A stretch of 64,000 nucleotides of DNA from an uncultured bacterium (GCA_963726455.1 CAVSCK010000004.1:896001-960000); one strand, 5' to 3'. Shown: positions 1 to 11,778, counted from the stretch's first letter. The notes: a model not told the origin generated them from the sequence alone. Translations and numbers: made by a program.

Positions 1-967
1 AATAGTACCTGGACACATCCATCCCCCAGGCCAGTCCCAGCTCTTCCAGGATCGCGGTCAATTCGGTCAGTGACTTGCGGCCGAAATTCCGATACTTGAG
101 CATATCGGATTCGGAGCGCGAGACCAAATCTCTGAGGGTCTGAATATTGGCCGCTCGCAGGCAATTCGAGGAGCGGACAGACAATTCTAGTTCATCGACG
201 CGAGTGTTGAGAAGATTGCGGACACGAATAGTCTCCTCATCTTCCTTCTTCTCCTCGATCGGTATGATTTCTTCATCCATGTGGATAAAAAAGCGCAGAT
301 GATCTGCCAGCAACTTGGCGCTGTAACCCAGGGCTTCCTCAGGATTCATCGAACCGTCCGTCCAGACCTCAATGACCATGCGGTCGTAGTCGGTGCGCTG
401 GCCCACACGCGTGTTGTCCACGGTGTAGTTGACCTTGGTCACAGGACTGAACAATGAATCGACCCAGATGGTGCCGACCGGACGGTCGGCGCGCTTGTTC
501 TGGTCGGCCAATACGTAGCCTCTGCCGGTATCCACATCTATTTCAATAGTGAATTTCTTGTTCTCAGTGAGTTCGAGAATATGCAGATCGGAATTCAGGA
601 GGATGATATCGCTGCCCGCATTAATCTGCCCGGCGGCGTACTTGCCCTTGCCGTCGACCGTCAAGGTCATCGTGCGGGGCTCATCGACGTGCATCTTGAT
701 GCGCAGTTTCTTGAGATTCAGTACGATCTGCGTGACATCTTCAAACACACCTGGAATGGTCGAAAACTCATGCTGCACTCCCTCGATGCGCAACGATGTG
801 ACCGCCGCACCTTGAATGGCAGAAAGGAGCACGCGACGCAGGGCATTGCCAATTGTGGTGCCAAAACCGCGTTCCAACGGCTCCAGAACGAACCGCGTAT
901 AGCGTTCGCTGGCGGTGGACTCGTCCTTCACCACCTCTTTCGGGAGTACGAGATTCTTCCACTTCAT
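1..967 (-). CDS. rpoA: RNA polymerase alpha subunit (3' end runs off window)
   Basis: Manual translation from ATG at 967: MKWKNLVLPKEV...FVLEPLERGFGTTIGNALRRVLLSAIQG; C-terminal domain ELELSVRSSNCL...YRNFGRKSL; follows rpsD. Confidence 0.97.
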   Translation of the reverse strand, partial: MKWKNLVLPKEVVKDESTASERYTRFVLEPLERGFGTTIGNALRRVLLSAIQGAAVTSLRIEGVQHEFSTIPGVFEDVTQIVLNLKKLRIKMHVDEPRTMTLTVDGKGKYAAGQINAGSDIILLNSDLHILELTENKKFTIEIDVDTGRGYVLADQNKRADRPVGTIWVDSLFSPVTKVNYTVDNTRVGQRTDYDRMVIEVWTDGSMNPEEALGYSAKLLADHLRFFIHMDEEIIPIEEKKEDEETIRVRNLLNTRVDELELSVRSSNCLRAANIQTLRDLVSRSESDMLKYRNFGRKSLTELTAILEELGLAWGMDVSRYY

Positions 968-991
968 ATTATTCTTGCTCCTCCTTGCAGA

Positions 992-1621
992 TTACTTGCT
1001 GTACAATTCCACGATCAACTGCTCAGCGACGTTGACGGGAATGTCGGCGCGCTTCGGATACTCGAGCAACTCGCCTTCCAGCGCGGCTTTGTTCAAACGC
1101 AGCCACGGTAAATCAGCTGAGCGCTCTGCATCCTTGAGAGCCATATGAATAATGTCCAGCTTGCGCGATTTGTCCTTCACTCTTACCACATCGTGCGGCT
1201 TCAACTGGAATGACGGTATATCCGTTATCTTTCCGTTTACCAGAAAATGCCGGTGCCGCACCAACTGCCTCGCAGACTTGCGCGACGGCGCAAATCCCAG
1301 GCGGTAAACAAAATTGTCCAGCCGCATCTCCAGCAGGCGAAGCAGATTCTCGCCGGTAATCCCCTTCTCCTGTTCGGCTTTCTCGAAATAGTTATGGAAC
1401 TGCTTTTCCAGGACGCCATAAATGCGGCGCACCTTCTGCTTCTCGCGAAGCTGCAGTCCATAGCCGGAAATTTTACGGCGCATACTCGCGCCATGCTGAC
1501 CCGGGGCAAAGGATCGACGCTCGAACGCGCACTTATCGGAAAAACAGCGGCTTCCTTTCAGAAACAGCTTCTCGCCTTCGCGCCGGCATAACTTGCAGTT
1601 TGGATCTCTATATCGTGCCAT
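992..1621 (-). CDS. rpsD: 30S ribosomal protein S4
   Basis: [23 protein letters not shown]...LIVELYSK. Confidence 0.98.
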   Translation of the reverse strand: MARYRDPNCKLCRREGEKLFLKGSRCFSDKCAFERRSFAPGQHGASMRRKISGYGLQLREKQKVRRIYGVLEKQFHNYFEKAEQEKGITGENLLRLLEMRLDNFVYRLGFAPSRKSARQLVRHRHFLVNGKITDIPSFQLKPHDVVRVKDKSRKLDIIHMALKDAERSADLPWLRLNKAALEGELLEYPKRADIPVNVAEQLIVELYSK

Positions 1622-1638
1622 TACTTCTCCCGTCCATC

Positions 1639-2034
1639 CTATACTCTACGGCGTTTCGGCGGCCGACAGCCGTTGTGCGGAATCGGGGTCACGTCTTTGA
1701 TCGCCGTGATTTCGAGTCCCGCCGCCTGCAACGAACGAATCGCTGCTTCGCGTCCGGAACCCGGGCCCTTAACCCAGACTTCGACTCTGCGCAATCCCTG
1801 ATCGATCGCTTCTTTCGCGGAAGCGGTTGCCGCCAACTGTGCGGCGAACGGTGTCGACTTCTTCGAGCCCTTGAATCCCGACTTCCCCGCCGTCGACCAA
1901 CTGATCACTCCGCCCGTCGAATCAGTAATTGAAACGATCGTATTGTTAAAGGTCGCCTTGATATGCACCACGCCGGTGGAATCAATGCGTCTTACTTTCT
2001 TTTTGCCTTTCTTCTTCTTATTCGGCTCAGCCAA
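1639..2034 (-). CDS. rpsK: 30S ribosomal protein S11
   Basis: [15 protein letters not shown]...[18 protein letters not shown]; TTG start. Confidence 0.98.
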   Translation of the reverse strand: MAEPNKKKKGKKKVRRIDSTGVVHIKATFNNTIVSITDSTGGVISWSTAGKSGFKGSKKSTPFAAQLAATASAKEAIDQGLRRVEVWVKGPGSGREAAIRSLQAAGLEITAIKDVTPIPHNGCRPPKRRRV

Positions 2035-2072
2035 TGCAAACTCCTGTATATGCTAAAAACATTATTTCGAAA

Positions 2073-2456
2073 CTATTTCGGCGACGGCGCTTTCTTCTTG
2101 CCGATCACGGTCTTCTTCGGACCCTTGCGGGTGCGTGAATTGGTCTTCGTACGTTGGCCGCGAACCGGCAGGCCACGACGGTGGCGCAGGCCGCGGTAGC
2201 AACCGATATCAATCAGCCGCTTGATGTTCATCGAGATTTCACTGCGCAGAACACCTTCCACACGGTATTCGTTTTCGATCACTGCACGCAATTTGGCAAT
2301 GACGTCTTCAGTCATTTTATGAACACGCAAGCTCGGTTCAACGCCGGTCTTGCGGAGAATCTCACGTGACGAGGCGGGGCCAATGCCATAGATATACCTG
2401 AGGGCCACATCAATGCGTTTATCACGCGGTAAATCAACGCCAGCTATACGAGCCAA
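2073..2456 (-). CDS. rpsM: 30S ribosomal protein S13
   Basis: [10 protein letters not shown]...[19 protein letters not shown]; TTG start. Confidence 0.98.
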   Translation of the reverse strand: MARIAGVDLPRDKRIDVALRYIYGIGPASSREILRKTGVEPSLRVHKMTEDVIAKLRAVIENEYRVEGVLRSEISMNIKRLIDIGCYRGLRHRRGLPVRGQRTKTNSRTRKGPKKTVIGKKKAPSPK

Positions 2457-2472
2457 ATCAACCTCCTAAGGC

Positions 2473-2586
2473 CTATCCCTGCCGCTGCTTGTGGCGCGGG
2501 TTTTTGCAGATCACCCGTACGACACCGTGGCGGCGAATTATCTTGCAGTGCTCACAGCGCACCTTGATGGAAGAGCGCACTTTCAT
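2473..2586 (-). CDS. rpmJ: 50S ribosomal protein L36 (zinc-binding type)
   Basis: Not in ORF track; manual translation [37 protein letters not shown] (37 aa). Confidence 0.97.
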   Translation of the reverse strand: MKVRSSIKVRCEHCKIIRRHGVVRVICKNPRHKQRQG

Positions 2587-2611
2587 ATTGTCTCCAATCC
2601 ACAATCAATCG

Positions 2612-2830
2612 CTATTTGTAGCGATAGATAATTCTTCCTTTCGTCAGATCGTATGGTGACAACTCCAACGTGACCTTGTCGCCCGGAAGAATCTTGATAA
2701 AGTGCATGCGCATCTTGCCGGAGATGTGCGCCAGGACCTTGTGGCCGTTGTCAAGTTCGACCCGGAACATAGCATTTGGCAATGGCTCAATCACTTTACC
2801 TTCTACTTTGATCGTCGCTTCTTTGGTCAT
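2612..2830 (-). CDS. infA: Translation initiation factor IF-1
   Basis: [35 protein letters not shown]. Confidence 0.98.
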   Translation of the reverse strand: MTKEATIKVEGKVIEPLPNAMFRVELDNGHKVLAHISGKMRMHFIKILPGDKVTLELSPYDLTKGRIIYRYK

Positions 2831-2835
2831 TTCTA

Positions 2836-3591
2836 TCAGTTAACCGTCAAAACCACCACACCTTTTTCGGTGATGGCGATTGTGTTCTCCCAGTGAGCCG
2901 AGAGTTTGCGGTCGGCGGTCACTATCGTCCAGCCGTCCTCGAGTGTCTCGGTTTCGAAGGTTCCCGAATTTATCATCGGTTCGATGGCCAACACCATACC
3001 CGGCTGCAACACCGGGCCGTTACCGGCCACGCCGTAATTCGGAACCTGTGGTTCCTCGTGCATATTGCGTCCAATACCGTGTCCGACCAGGTCACGCACG
3101 ACCGAGAAACCGTTCTTTTCGGCGTGTTTCTGGATCGCAGCGGAAATATCGGACAACCTGCCATTCGGTTTGGCCGCGGCAATTCCGCGTTCGAGAGATT
3201 CTCTCACGACTTTGGTAATCTTCTTCTTCTCCTCGCTGACGTTGCCGACCAAAAAGGTCCGCGCCGCGTCGCCATGAAAACCGTTCTTGTAAACGCCGAT
3301 ATCGACGGATACCAAATCGCCGTCAGCGACCTTGCGCTTGCCGGGGATGCCATGCACGATCACTTCGTTGATCGAGATGCACGTCGATGCCGGGTAACCA
3401 CGATATCCGAGAAATGACGGCTCACCGCCCTCGCCCTTGATGAGATCGAACACTTGCCGGTCAATTTCGCGGGTTTCGATACCCGGTTCAATCATCTTTT
3501 CCACCATCTGCAACGCTCTGGCGACTATCCGACACGATTCGCCAATCTTCTCGAGCTCTGCCTTAGACTTTAGCTCGATCATTAGTTTCAA
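2836..3591 (-). CDS. map: Methionine aminopeptidase type I
   Basis: [45 protein letters not shown]; start may be ATG at 3582. Confidence 0.96.
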   Translation of the reverse strand: MKLMIELKSKAELEKIGESCRIVARALQMVEKMIEPGIETREIDRQVFDLIKGEGGEPSFLGYRGYPASTCISINEVIVHGIPGKRKVADGDLVSVDIGVYKNGFHGDAARTFLVGNVSEEKKKITKVVRESLERGIAAAKPNGRLSDISAAIQKHAEKNGFSVVRDLVGHGIGRNMHEEPQVPNYGVAGNGPVLQPGMVLAIEPMINSGTFETETLEDGWTIVTADRKLSAHWENTIAITEKGVVVLTVN

Positions 3592-4237
3592 AAGAACCGA
3601 GGGATTCTAAAATCCTCGTCAAGACCTGATCGGCGGCGCCGTCGCCGTCAATCTGCAACAACAAACCCATACGGCTGTAATACTCTTCCAACGGCCGGGT
3701 CTGTTGGTGATACACGGTCAGTCTATTTCTCACGACCGCCTCCGAATCGTCGCTACGTCGGATCAGCGGCGAATCGTCGCGGTCACAAAAACCCGCACGT
3801 TTCGGCGGATTTGAAATGTCGTTATAGATCGTTCCACACACTCCGCAACTTGATCTGGCCGTCAGACGACGTATGATTGCTTCATTGTCCACGGCGAGAT
3901 TAACGACACGATCTATCGGGAATCCGACTGCTGCCATCAACTGATTCAGGCCTTCGGCCTGCGGCAGCGTACGCGGGAAACCATCAAAGATGAAACCCGC
4001 TCTCATGCCGTCGGTACCCAGCTTCTCTTTGATCGTGTCCAGAATCAGACTGTCTGGAACGAGCTTACCGGCATCCATGAACTCTTTGGCTTTGGTGCCC
4101 AGCGCCGTTCCCCGACGGACTTCGTCACGCAAAATGTCGCCCGTCGAGAGGTGCACCAGCCCGAGGCGTTCAGCAAGCAGCTTTGCTTGCGTACCTTTGC
4201 CGGAGCCGGGGGCACCGAGCAGAATAAGCCGTTTCAC
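3563..4237 (-). CDS. adk: Adenylate kinase
   Basis: P-loop GAPGSGKGTQ, HLSTGDILR, FDGFPRT, Cys-containing lid. Confidence 0.97.
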   Translation of the reverse strand: MKRLILLGAPGSGKGTQAKLLAERLGLVHLSTGDILRDEVRRGTALGTKAKEFMDAGKLVPDSLILDTIKEKLGTDGMRAGFIFDGFPRTLPQAEGLNQLMAAVGFPIDRVVNLAVDNEAIIRRLTARSSCGVCGTIYNDISNPPKRAGFCDRDDSPLIRRSDDSEAVVRNRLTVYHQQTRPLEEYYSRMGLLLQIDGDGAADQVLTRILESLGSFETNDRAKV

Positions 4238-5550
4238 AGAGCCGATCTTCCCTTAATCCTCCCTCGCTTCATGAAGCCCTCGTAGTGCCTCATGAGCAGA
4301 TGCGATTCAACTTGTTGAAGCGTATCGAGCGCCACACCGACGACAATCAGAATTCCTGTGCCGCCGAAGTAATAGTTCACCCCGGCCTGTTTGATCAGGA
4401 AATAGGGTAGTACGGCGATTGCCGCAAAAAAGATTGCGCCCGGAAGGGTTATGCGCGTGAGTACTCTATCAATGTATTCGGCCGTCTTTTGTCCCGGACG
4501 TATTCCGGGAATAAACGCGCCTTGCTTTTTCATGTTGTCCGCCATGTCCATTGGATTCACGACAATGGCGGTATAGAAGAACGCGAAGAAGATGATAATG
4601 ATCGCGTAGACTACACTATATGTGATTGCACCCGGTGTCAGATAACTGACGAAATTCTGGACGAAGTCCGATTGCGGGAAGAGCGTCAACAGAGTGGAGG
4701 GCGCAAACATGATCGACTGCGCAAAGATAATCGGAATAACACCGGCGGTGTTCACCGACAAAGGCAGGTGCGTAGTCACACCACCCATCACTCGCCGCCC
4801 GACAATACGTTTGGCATGCTGAACCGGAATCTTCCGCTGGGCTCTGGTGACAACGATAACTGCCGCAATCACCCCAACCATGATAGCGATCAGAAACAAC
4901 TCGGTGAAGACCGAACGGGTGCCGGCGCTCAAAGCCGTGTACTCGTCGATCACGGCAGCCGGGAAGTAGGCAATAATTCCTATGAAGATGATCAGCGAAA
5001 TACCGTTGCCGATACCTCGCTCGGTGATCTGCTCGCCCAGCCACATAATGAAAATCGTGCCGGCCGTAAAAGTGATCATGCACAGCAGTTCAAAACCGAA
5101 ACCCGGATTGATTACCACCGACAGGCCCGGTTCCGGCTGCAGCGACTGCAACCACACAGCCACACCAAACGATTGCATCAGCGAAATCAGTACGGTGCCG
5201 TAACGGGTATATTGGGTGATCTTGCGACGTCCCTCTTCGCCTTCTTTGGCCAGCTTTTGGAAATATGGAAAAATCGGCGTCAACAACTGAATGATAATCG
5301 AAGCCGAGATATAGGGCATGATGCCCAAAGAGAAGACGGTGGCTTTCTTGAAGGCGCCACCGACGAACATGTCGAACATACCAAAGAGTGTTCCGCCCTG
5401 GTTGGCAAAGAATCTTCCCAGCAGCGTAGCGTCAATACCGGGTGCGGGAATATGACCGCCAATCCGGTAGACAACGAGCAAGGCCAGAGTAAAGAGAATC
5501 CTCTGCCTCAGCTCTTTGACTCTGAAGATGTTTTGGATTTTCTCTATCAC
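4234..5550 (-). CDS. secY: Preprotein translocase SecY
   Basis: LGIMPYISASII, WLGEQITERGIGNGISLIIF, FIPGIRPG. Confidence 0.98.
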   Translation of the reverse strand: MIEKIQNIFRVKELRQRILFTLALLVVYRIGGHIPAPGIDATLLGRFFANQGGTLFGMFDMFVGGAFKKATVFSLGIMPYISASIIIQLLTPIFPYFQKLAKEGEEGRRKITQYTRYGTVLISLMQSFGVAVWLQSLQPEPGLSVVINPGFGFELLCMITFTAGTIFIMWLGEQITERGIGNGISLIIFIGIIAYFPAAVIDEYTALSAGTRSVFTELFLIAIMVGVIAAVIVVTRAQRKIPVQHAKRIVGRRVMGGVTTHLPLSVNTAGVIPIIFAQSIMFAPSTLLTLFPQSDFVQNFVSYLTPGAITYSVVYAIIIIFFAFFYTAIVVNPMDMADNMKKQGAFIPGIRPGQKTAEYIDRVLTRITLPGAIFFAAIAVLPYFLIKQAGVNYYFGGTGILIVVGVALDTLQQVESHLLMRHYEGFMKRGRIKGRSAL

Positions 5551-5993
5551 GACAGGATCTCCACCTTGCCGCCGGCGGCGGTGATTTTTTCCAAGGCAGT
5601 TTTAGATGCGGCATGCACCTTGAGGGTCAAACCAACTTTCAACTCGCCGGTACCCAATACTTTGACCGGCAGATTAATTGACTTGATAAGTTTCTGCTGT
5701 CTCAAGTCGCCCGGAGTCACTTCGGCAGGCGACGTGAACTTGCGAGCCAGGTCTTCGAGATTCACGACCTGGTACTCAATCCGGTCGATCGGACGGAAAC
5801 CGCGCTTCGGAACCCGCCGAACCAAAGGCATCTGTCCGCCTTCATGCCAGGCTTTGTACTTGAAACCCGCACGGGCTCTCGCGCCCTTGCCGCCGCGCGT
5901 CGAATATCTACCATGACCCGATCCGGGGCCGCGACCGATACGCTTACGATTCTTGGTCGAGCCGGCCGGCTTTTGGAGATTGTCCAATTTCAT
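5547..5993 (-). CDS. rplO: 50S ribosomal protein L15
   Basis: [11 protein letters not shown]...[16 protein letters not shown]. Confidence 0.97.
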   Translation of the reverse strand: MKLDNLQKPAGSTKNRKRIGRGPGSGHGRYSTRGGKGARARAGFKYKAWHEGGQMPLVRRVPKRGFRPIDRIEYQVVNLEDLARKFTSPAEVTPGDLRQQKLIKSINLPVKVLGTGELKVGLTLKVHAASKTALEKITAAGGKVEILS

Positions 5994-6178
5994 GCTTTTA
6001 CTTCCTCCACCACAACCATGAATCTCACGGCTTTGATCATGCCGCGAATCTGCGGAGTATCATTGTGGACGACGGTATGTCTGATCCGTTTCAGACCGAG
6101 CGCCCGAATAGTATCACGGTGCGCTTCAATCCGACCGGACAGTCCCTTGACCTGCGTTATCTTCAGCTTCTTAGCCAT
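5990..6178 (-). CDS. rpmD: 50S ribosomal protein L30
   Basis: LKITQVKG...[22 protein letters not shown]; position in spc operon. Confidence 0.95.
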   Translation of the reverse strand: MAKKLKITQVKGLSGRIEAHRDTIRALGLKRIRHTVVHNDTPQIRGMIKAVRFMVVVEEVKA

Positions 6179-6674
6179 TGCTTGATCCCGTCTCGATTTC
6201 GCGATAGGTCAATTGCTCGTTCTTGGTCCGCAAACGGTTGAGGCCGTCCATCGTGGCTTTAACCACGTTGTGTGGACTGGTCGAGCCGAGCGACTTGGTC
6301 AGCACATCCTGAATGCCTGCGGCTTCTAGGACCGCACGCACAGCGCCACCGGCGATCACACCGGTACCGGCGGAGGCCGGCTTCAGCAGAACTCTGGCCG
6401 CGCCAAAACGGCCCAGCACTTCGTGAGGAATCGTTCCGCCATGAAGTGAAATCTTGACCATCTCTTTGCGAGCCGATTCGGTGCCCTTGCGGATTGCGTC
6501 GACGACTTCCGAGGCCTTGCCGAGTCCAATCCCGACCGAACCCTGCTTGTCACCAACGCTGACGATGGCGGTAAAGGAGAATCTCCGTCCGCCCTTGATC
6601 ACCTTGGCCACCCTGCTGATATGTATTACCCGTTCCTCGAATTCGAGGTTATCCATCACTTCATAGCGTGCCAA
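6171..6674 (-). CDS. rpsE: 30S ribosomal protein S5
   Basis: [26 protein letters not shown]; TTG start. Confidence 0.98.
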   Translation of the reverse strand: MARYEVMDNLEFEERVIHISRVAKVIKGGRRFSFTAIVSVGDKQGSVGIGLGKASEVVDAIRKGTESARKEMVKISLHGGTIPHEVLGRFGAARVLLKPASAGTGVIAGGAVRAVLEAAGIQDVLTKSLGSTSPHNVVKATMDGLNRLRTKNEQLTYREIETGSSNG

Positions 6675-6696
6675 AACTTATTCCTCAACGGTTAAC

Positions 6697-7071
6697 TTAG
6701 AATTTCAAACCTGCTTTACGGGCGCCCTCAGCCACCAGTTTTACGCGACCGTGATATTGATAACGGTTGCGATCAAAAACTACCGCCTGAATTCCCTTAG
6801 CCAGCGCCTTCTTTGCCACACCGGTGCCGACCAATAACGAGAGATCGGACTTCTTCTTGGCGGTCTTGGCCTGCTCAACCATATCCTTATCAATGGAAGA
6901 ACAAGATACCAGAGTCTGCCCGGATACGTCGTCGACAATCTGCGCATACATGTTGCGCAACGATCTGAACACACAGAGGCGCGGCTTCGTAGGCGTGCCG
7001 GTGACTTTCTTGCGCACGCGACGCTTGCGACGTTCCTGCTTGAATAATTTTATCAGTTGACGATCAGCCAT
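6697..7071 (-). CDS. rplR: 50S ribosomal protein L18
   Basis: PRLCVFRS...VVFDRNRYQYHGRVK...AGLKF. Confidence 0.97.
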   Translation of the reverse strand: MADRQLIKLFKQERRKRRVRKKVTGTPTKPRLCVFRSLRNMYAQIVDDVSGQTLVSCSSIDKDMVEQAKTAKKKSDLSLLVGTGVAKKALAKGIQAVVFDRNRYQYHGRVKLVAEGARKAGLKF

Positions 7072-7083
7072 TTCTATGCTCCA

Positions 7084-7623
7084 TTACGCCGCGGTCTTGC
7101 CGGCTTTCTTGCGAACGACCTCGCCTTTATAACGAATGCCTTTGCCCTTGTATGGCTCCGGCGGACGGAATGACCTGATCTTGGCAGCCATCATTCCCAC
7201 GATTTCCTTGTCAATGCCCACCACACGCAAATGCGTCTGGTCGTCCAGGACAATCTGAATGCCCGGAGTCTGCCGCACCAATATCGAGTGCGAATAACCC
7301 ACGAGCAGCTTCAGATGCTTGCCGGCGATCAGTTCCGCGCGATAGCCCACGCCCTGAATTTCGAGCGCCTTCTCAAAGCCATCACTGACGCCCTTTACCA
7401 TGTTGAAAATCAACTGGCGCGTCAGTCCATGCAGCGACTTATGAAAACGGCTGTCGCCCGGACGCGTAACGGTGAGCGTCTTGTTATCAAGATTCAGAGT
7501 CATCGACGGATGGAACGTCTTCGCCAGAGTCCCCTTGGGGCCGGTGACTGTAACGTCGTGTCCCTTGATGTCAATCTTGACCTTGTCCGGGATCACTACG
7601 GGCGCTTTACCTATTCTCGACAT
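7084..7623 (-). CDS. rplF: 50S ribosomal protein L6
   Basis: MSRIGKAP...RPPEPYKGKGIRY. Confidence 0.98.
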   Translation of the reverse strand: MSRIGKAPVVIPDKVKIDIKGHDVTVTGPKGTLAKTFHPSMTLNLDNKTLTVTRPGDSRFHKSLHGLTRQLIFNMVKGVSDGFEKALEIQGVGYRAELIAGKHLKLLVGYSHSILVRQTPGIQIVLDDQTHLRVVGIDKEIVGMMAAKIRSFRPPEPYKGKGIRYKGEVVRKKAGKTAA

Positions 7624-7640
7624 ATTCTACCTCGACCGCC

Positions 7641-8039
7641 TTACCAAACGTAGCAGAGTGCTTCGCCGCCGACACCTTCCTGTCGGGCTTCCTCGTCGGT
7701 CATCAGGCCGCGCGAGGTGGTAAGGACTGTCATACCCATTTGATATTTCATCTTCTGCAACTTGTCTTTGTCCGCATACTGTCTCAAACCGGGACGCGAT
7801 ACGCGACGCAGGCCGCGCATGACCGGTTCGTCATGTTTGGTGTAACGCAGGTAAACCCGCAGAATACCCTGCTTGTCGTCCTTTACTTCCACGGTCTTCT
7901 TGATGAAATGATGTTCTTCAAGAATGCGCGCCAATTCCCGTTTAATATTCGAGGCCGGCACGTCGACTTTCTTCATCTTGGCTTTGTAGCCATTTCTTAT
8001 GCGAGTCAGCATATCCGCAACTGGATCAGTCATCGTCAT
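7641..8039 (-). CDS. rpsH: 30S ribosomal protein S8
   Basis: [13 protein letters not shown]...SRPGLRQY...GGEALCYVW. Confidence 0.98.
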   Translation of the reverse strand: MTMTDPVADMLTRIRNGYKAKMKKVDVPASNIKRELARILEEHHFIKKTVEVKDDKQGILRVYLRYTKHDEPVMRGLRRVSRPGLRQYADKDKLQKMKYQMGMTVLTTSRGLMTDEEARQEGVGGEALCYVW

Positions 8040-8054
8040 ATTGTTCCCAACCTC

Positions 8055-8240
8055 CTACCAGCTCGCCTTGGTTACGCCAGGCAGATCACCCGCCAGAGCC
8101 ATTTCGCGGAAGCAGATACGGCACAGACCAAAGCGACGCATGTAAGCCCGCGGTCTGCCGCAGCGACGGCAGCGATTGTAGCCGCGGACGTGAAACTTCG
8201 GTTTGCGCCTCTGTTTTTCGATCAAACAGGTCTTTGCCAA
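8055..8240 (-). CDS. rpsN: 30S ribosomal protein S14 (short zinc-binding type Z)
   Basis: [24 protein letters not shown]; 61 aa. Confidence 0.97.
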   Translation of the reverse strand: MAKTCLIEKQRRKPKFHVRGYNRCRRCGRPRAYMRRFGLCRICFREMALAGDLPGVTKASW

Positions 8241-8251
8241 ACGAATCTCCT

Positions 8252-8794
8252 TTAATTCTTTCTGAACGGCAGCTTCATCAGAGTCAGCAAATTAAGCGCT
8301 TCCTCATCCGTCTTCGCTGTTGTCACTATGGTTATATTCATACCCCGGACTTTGTCGATTTTATCATAATCGATTTCCGGGAAGATAATCTGTTCCTTCA
8401 GGCCGATGGTATAGTTGCCGCGGCCGTCAAACGACTTCGGCGAAATGCCGCGGAAGTCACGGACGCGCGGGAAAGCCAGATTCGACAGGCGATCCAAAAA
8501 TTCGTACATCCGTTCGCCGCGCAATGTCACGGCACAGCCGACCGGCATACCCTGGCGGAGCTTGAAATTCGAGATCGACTTCGTCGCCCGGCGCACGTAT
8601 GCCTTTTGTCCCGCGATCGTGGTGATATCACCCATCGCGGCATCCATGGCTTTGGCGTTGCTGATCGCTTCACCGAGACCGACGTTGATAACGATCTTCT
8701 CGATCTTCGGCACCTGCATGACGTTCTTGTAACCGCCTTCTTTGATCAGGCGCGGAATAACTTCCTGACGATAAAAATCCTTAAGTCGTGCCAT
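8252..8794 (-). CDS. rplE: 50S ribosomal protein L5
   Basis: [16 protein letters not shown]...EQIIFPEI. Confidence 0.98.
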   Translation of the reverse strand: MARLKDFYRQEVIPRLIKEGGYKNVMQVPKIEKIVINVGLGEAISNAKAMDAAMGDITTIAGQKAYVRRATKSISNFKLRQGMPVGCAVTLRGERMYEFLDRLSNLAFPRVRDFRGISPKSFDGRGNYTIGLKEQIIFPEIDYDKIDKVRGMNITIVTTAKTDEEALNLLTLMKLPFRKN

Positions 8795-8798
8795 ATGC

Positions 8799-9122
8799 CT
8801 AAATCATTTCTCCCGACTTCTTGCTGATACGAACTTTGCCCGTTATCTGACCCTGATCGTTCTGCAACGTCCGGTAGCCGATTCGTGTCGGCGTGTTATT
8901 CTTCGTATCCATCAACTGCACCTTGGAAACGTGCAGCGGGCTTTCCTTCTCGACGATACCGCCTTTGGGATGCTTCTGCGTCGGACGGGTGTGTCTCTTT
9001 ATCAGATTGACGCCTTCCACCAGCACGTGCTCTTTGTCCGAATCAACTTTGAGCACCCGGCCGGTCTTGCCGCGATTCTTGCCGCTCAGTACCTTTACAA
9101 TGTCACCCTTGCGTATCCGCAT
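8799..9122 (-). CDS. rplX: 50S ribosomal protein L24
   Basis: [29 protein letters not shown]. Confidence 0.97.
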   Translation of the reverse strand: MRIRKGDIVKVLSGKNRGKTGRVLKVDSDKEHVLVEGVNLIKRHTRPTQKHPKGGIVEKESPLHVSKVQLMDTKNNTPTRIGYRTLQNDQGQITGKVRISKKSGEMI

Positions 9123-9490
9123 TACACCACCTCCGGAGCCAGCGAGATAATTTTCATGAACTGTTTGTCGCGTAATTCGCGCGCCACCGGCCCAAAAATG
9201 CGGGTGCCGCGCGGCTCTTTCTGGTCGTTGATAATCACCGCGGCGTTCTCCGAAAAACGCACGCAGGAACCGTCCTTACGGCGCGTGACTTCACGGGTGC
9301 GAACCACGACCGCTTTGCAGACTTCCGATTTCTTGACCGTGCCGCCCGGAATGGCGTCTTTCACCGTCACCACAATGATGTCACCGATACGCGCATAACG
9401 CCGCCGCGTGCCGCCGAGAATACGGAAACACATGACTTTCTTGGCGCCGGAATTATCGGCCACGTTTAATCTCGAATACTCCTGAATCAT
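9122..9490 (-). CDS. rplN: 50S ribosomal protein L14
   Basis: VADNSGAK...[13 protein letters not shown]. Confidence 0.98.
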   Translation of the reverse strand: MIQEYSRLNVADNSGAKKVMCFRILGGTRRRYARIGDIIVVTVKDAIPGGTVKKSEVCKAVVVRTREVTRRKDGSCVRFSENAAVIINDQKEPRGTRIFGPVARELRDKQFMKIISLAPEVV

Positions 9491-9492
9491 CC

Positions 9493-9744
9493 TTACACCG
9501 CTTTTTGAATCACTTTAACGAGGCGCCACCTCTTGAGCTTCGACAGCGGCCTGGTCTCCATCACCAACACTTTATCGCCAATGCCGCACTCGTTCTTTTC
9601 GTCGTGGGCATAAAGCTTCGCTCTCTTCTTAATGACCCGCTGGTATACCGGGTGCTTCATCGTCCGTTCCATTTCGACCGCGATGGTCTTTTGCATCCGG
9701 TTGGACACGACGACGCCGATTCTCGTCTTGCGCGAATTCCTCAC
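9493..9744 (-). CDS. rpsQ: 30S ribosomal protein S17
   Basis: [12 protein letters not shown]...[11 protein letters not shown]. Confidence 0.97.
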   Translation of the reverse strand: MRNSRKTRIGVVVSNRMQKTIAVEMERTMKHPVYQRVIKKRAKLYAHDEKNECGIGDKVLVMETRPLSKLKRWRLVKVIQKAV

Positions 9745-9747
9745 CCG

Positions 9748-9990
9748 CTACTCCTTCTTCTTATCCAGCACCAGGCGGCCACCTTCGGCGAGCCTGCGGA
9801 CCGCCAGCTCGTCCTCGCGAAGGACCGTGAGTATCCGGGCACGATCACGGCGCAGGATGCGCACGCGCACCGGATTTTGCGCCTGTTTGGTTTTTCTCTT
9901 GAGACGAAGATTGAACAGCTCTTCCTCGATCTCGGACTTCTTCTGCAAAACCTCTTCTCTCGAGAGGTCCCGATAAACATCAACCTTCAT
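9748..9990 (-). CDS. rpmC: 50S ribosomal protein L29
   Basis: [13 protein letters not shown]...ELFNLR...[10 protein letters not shown]; position between rplP and rpsQ. Confidence 0.92.
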   Translation of the reverse strand: MKVDVYRDLSREEVLQKKSEIEEELFNLRLKRKTKQAQNPVRVRILRRDRARILTVLREDELAVRRLAEGGRLVLDKKKE

Positions 9991-10414
9991 TGGCGCCTCC
10001 CGACATGTAGGCACGGGCTACAAACTTGGTCTTGATCGGCAGCTTGGTGGCTGCGAGCTTCAAACCCTCTTCGGCCAGCTTGGCGTTGACGCCTTCGACC
10101 TCAAACAGCACTCTCCCCGGCTTGACTACGGCCACCCAGAATTCCGGTGCGCCTTTGCCTTTGCCCATGCGGGTTTCAGCCGGCTTCTTCGTGACCGGTT
10201 TGTCCGGGAAGATCCGAATCCAGATCTTGCCGCCTCGCTTGATATGACGGGTGAGCGCAACGCGAGCAGCCTCGATTTGCCGATTGGTAATCCATGCCGG
10301 CTCCATCGCTTTCAGTCCATATTCGCCAAAATCAATCTTGCCGCCTCGATACGCCAGTCCCCGGCGGTCGCCGCGGTGATGTTTGCGGTACTTAACTCGT
10401 TTTGGCATCAACAT
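9980..10414 (-). CDS. rplP: 50S ribosomal protein L16
   Basis: [11 protein letters not shown]...[10 protein letters not shown]. Confidence 0.98.
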   Translation of the reverse strand: MLMPKRVKYRKHHRGDRRGLAYRGGKIDFGEYGLKAMEPAWITNRQIEAARVALTRHIKRGGKIWIRIFPDKPVTKKPAETRMGKGKGAPEFWVAVVKPGRVLFEVEGVNAKLAEEGLKLAATKLPIKTKFVARAYMSGGANEG

Positions 10415-10494
10415 ATATAGCTACTCCACGTTTCCAAAAATCAAAGATTTGTATTTTAAGCAAAACCCGCGTTCGCCGCAAGTCCTTTTTTCCC

Positions 10495-11352
10495 TTATTT
10501 TTGCTCACCCTGGTTTGGAGGGCGACGATCACCCTGCGGACCGCCTCCACCTGGCCGATTGTCACCATCACGGTGCGGCTTGCGTATGCGACCACGCGCC
10601 TGTGGGCCGCCTCTGTCACCGCCACGATCGCCACCACGACGCGGACCACGATCACGACGGTCACGGTCAAAGCGCGGCTTCTGCTGCTCCTGAGCTTCTT
10701 CCTTGCGTTCGGTGGCAGCACCCATGCGATCCAGAATTTCGCCGCGGCAGATCCACACCTTCACGCCGATACAGCCGTAGGCAGTGTGCGCCGTGCACGC
10801 GGCGTAATCGATATCAGCGCGCAAAGTGTGCAACGGGATTCTGCCTTCTTTGTATTTCTCCGTACGAGCGATTTCTGCGCCCGCCAAACGACCGCCACAG
10901 GACATCTTGATGCCCTCGGCGCCCATCTTCATCGTAGCGGCAATGGATTTCTTCATCGCGCGCCGGAAGCTGATTCGGCCTTCCAACTGGCGGGCGATTG
11001 ATTCGCCAACCAGACGCGCCGAAAGCTCCGGCTTCTTGACTTCGATAATATTCAGGGTAATATCGCTCTTGGCAACCAGGCGCAACTCTTCGCGCAACTT
11101 GTCGACTTCGATGCCCTTGCGACCAATGACGATTCCCGGTCGAGAGGTATGGATGTCCACGGTAACCTTCTTCGGATCGCGAAGAATTTCTACCGTGGCA
11201 ACCCCTGCGTTTTCCAGACGCTGATTGATATAACGCTTTATCTTGAGATCTTCTTCCACCAGATCGGCGAAATGCCTCTGGGTGAACCATTTGGAATTCC
11301 AGCTACGTATGATTCCCAATCTCAAGCCGATGGGGTTTGTCTTCTGTCCCAA
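10495..11352 (-). CDS. rpsC: 30S ribosomal protein S3 with Arg/Gly-rich C-terminal tail
   Basis: MGQKTNPIGLRLG...GRIPLHTLRADIDY. Confidence 0.98.
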   Translation of the reverse strand: MGQKTNPIGLRLGIIRSWNSKWFTQRHFADLVEEDLKIKRYINQRLENAGVATVEILRDPKKVTVDIHTSRPGIVIGRKGIEVDKLREELRLVAKSDITLNIIEVKKPELSARLVGESIARQLEGRISFRRAMKKSIAATMKMGAEGIKMSCGGRLAGAEIARTEKYKEGRIPLHTLRADIDYAACTAHTAYGCIGVKVWICRGEILDRMGAATERKEEAQEQQKPRFDRDRRDRGPRRGGDRGGDRGGPQARGRIRKPHRDGDNRPGGGGPQGDRRPPNQGEQK

Positions 11353-11367
11353 TACTCTCTCCTTAAG

Positions 11368-11778
11368 CTATTCTTCTGCTTTCGCTTCTTTAGTGGCCGT
11401 CTTTGCCCGGCGACGCTGCCGCTCTTCGCGGGCTTCACCGGCAACTATGACGGTTATATGACACAGGCGATGTTTCAAAGTCATGGCGCGCCCCATTGAT
11501 GCGGCACGAAACCGCTTATACGCCGGACCGTTATCCACGAATATGGTCTTGATCGTGAGGTCTTCAGCCTTCAACCGACCGGTGCCGACTTCGCTGATGG
11601 CATTTGCCGCTGCCGACTTGACGACCTTCTTGATCGGATCGGCTGCCCGCTTGGGGACAAAAGTGAGGATGGCAATGGCCTCATCAACTTTCTTGCCGCG
11701 AACCAGGTCGGCAACGATACGCGCCTTGCGACCGGACATGCGCAAATATCGTGCTCTGGCTGTTGCTTCCAAATGCAT
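11368..11778 (-). CDS. rplV: 50S ribosomal protein L22
   Basis: KARIVADLVRGK...SAAANA...HITVIV. Confidence 0.96.
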   Translation of the reverse strand: MHLEATARARYLRMSGRKARIVADLVRGKKVDEAIAILTFVPKRAADPIKKVVKSAAANAISEVGTGRLKAEDLTIKTIFVDNGPAYKRFRAASMGRAMTLKHRLCHITVIVAGEAREERQRRRAKTATKEAKAEE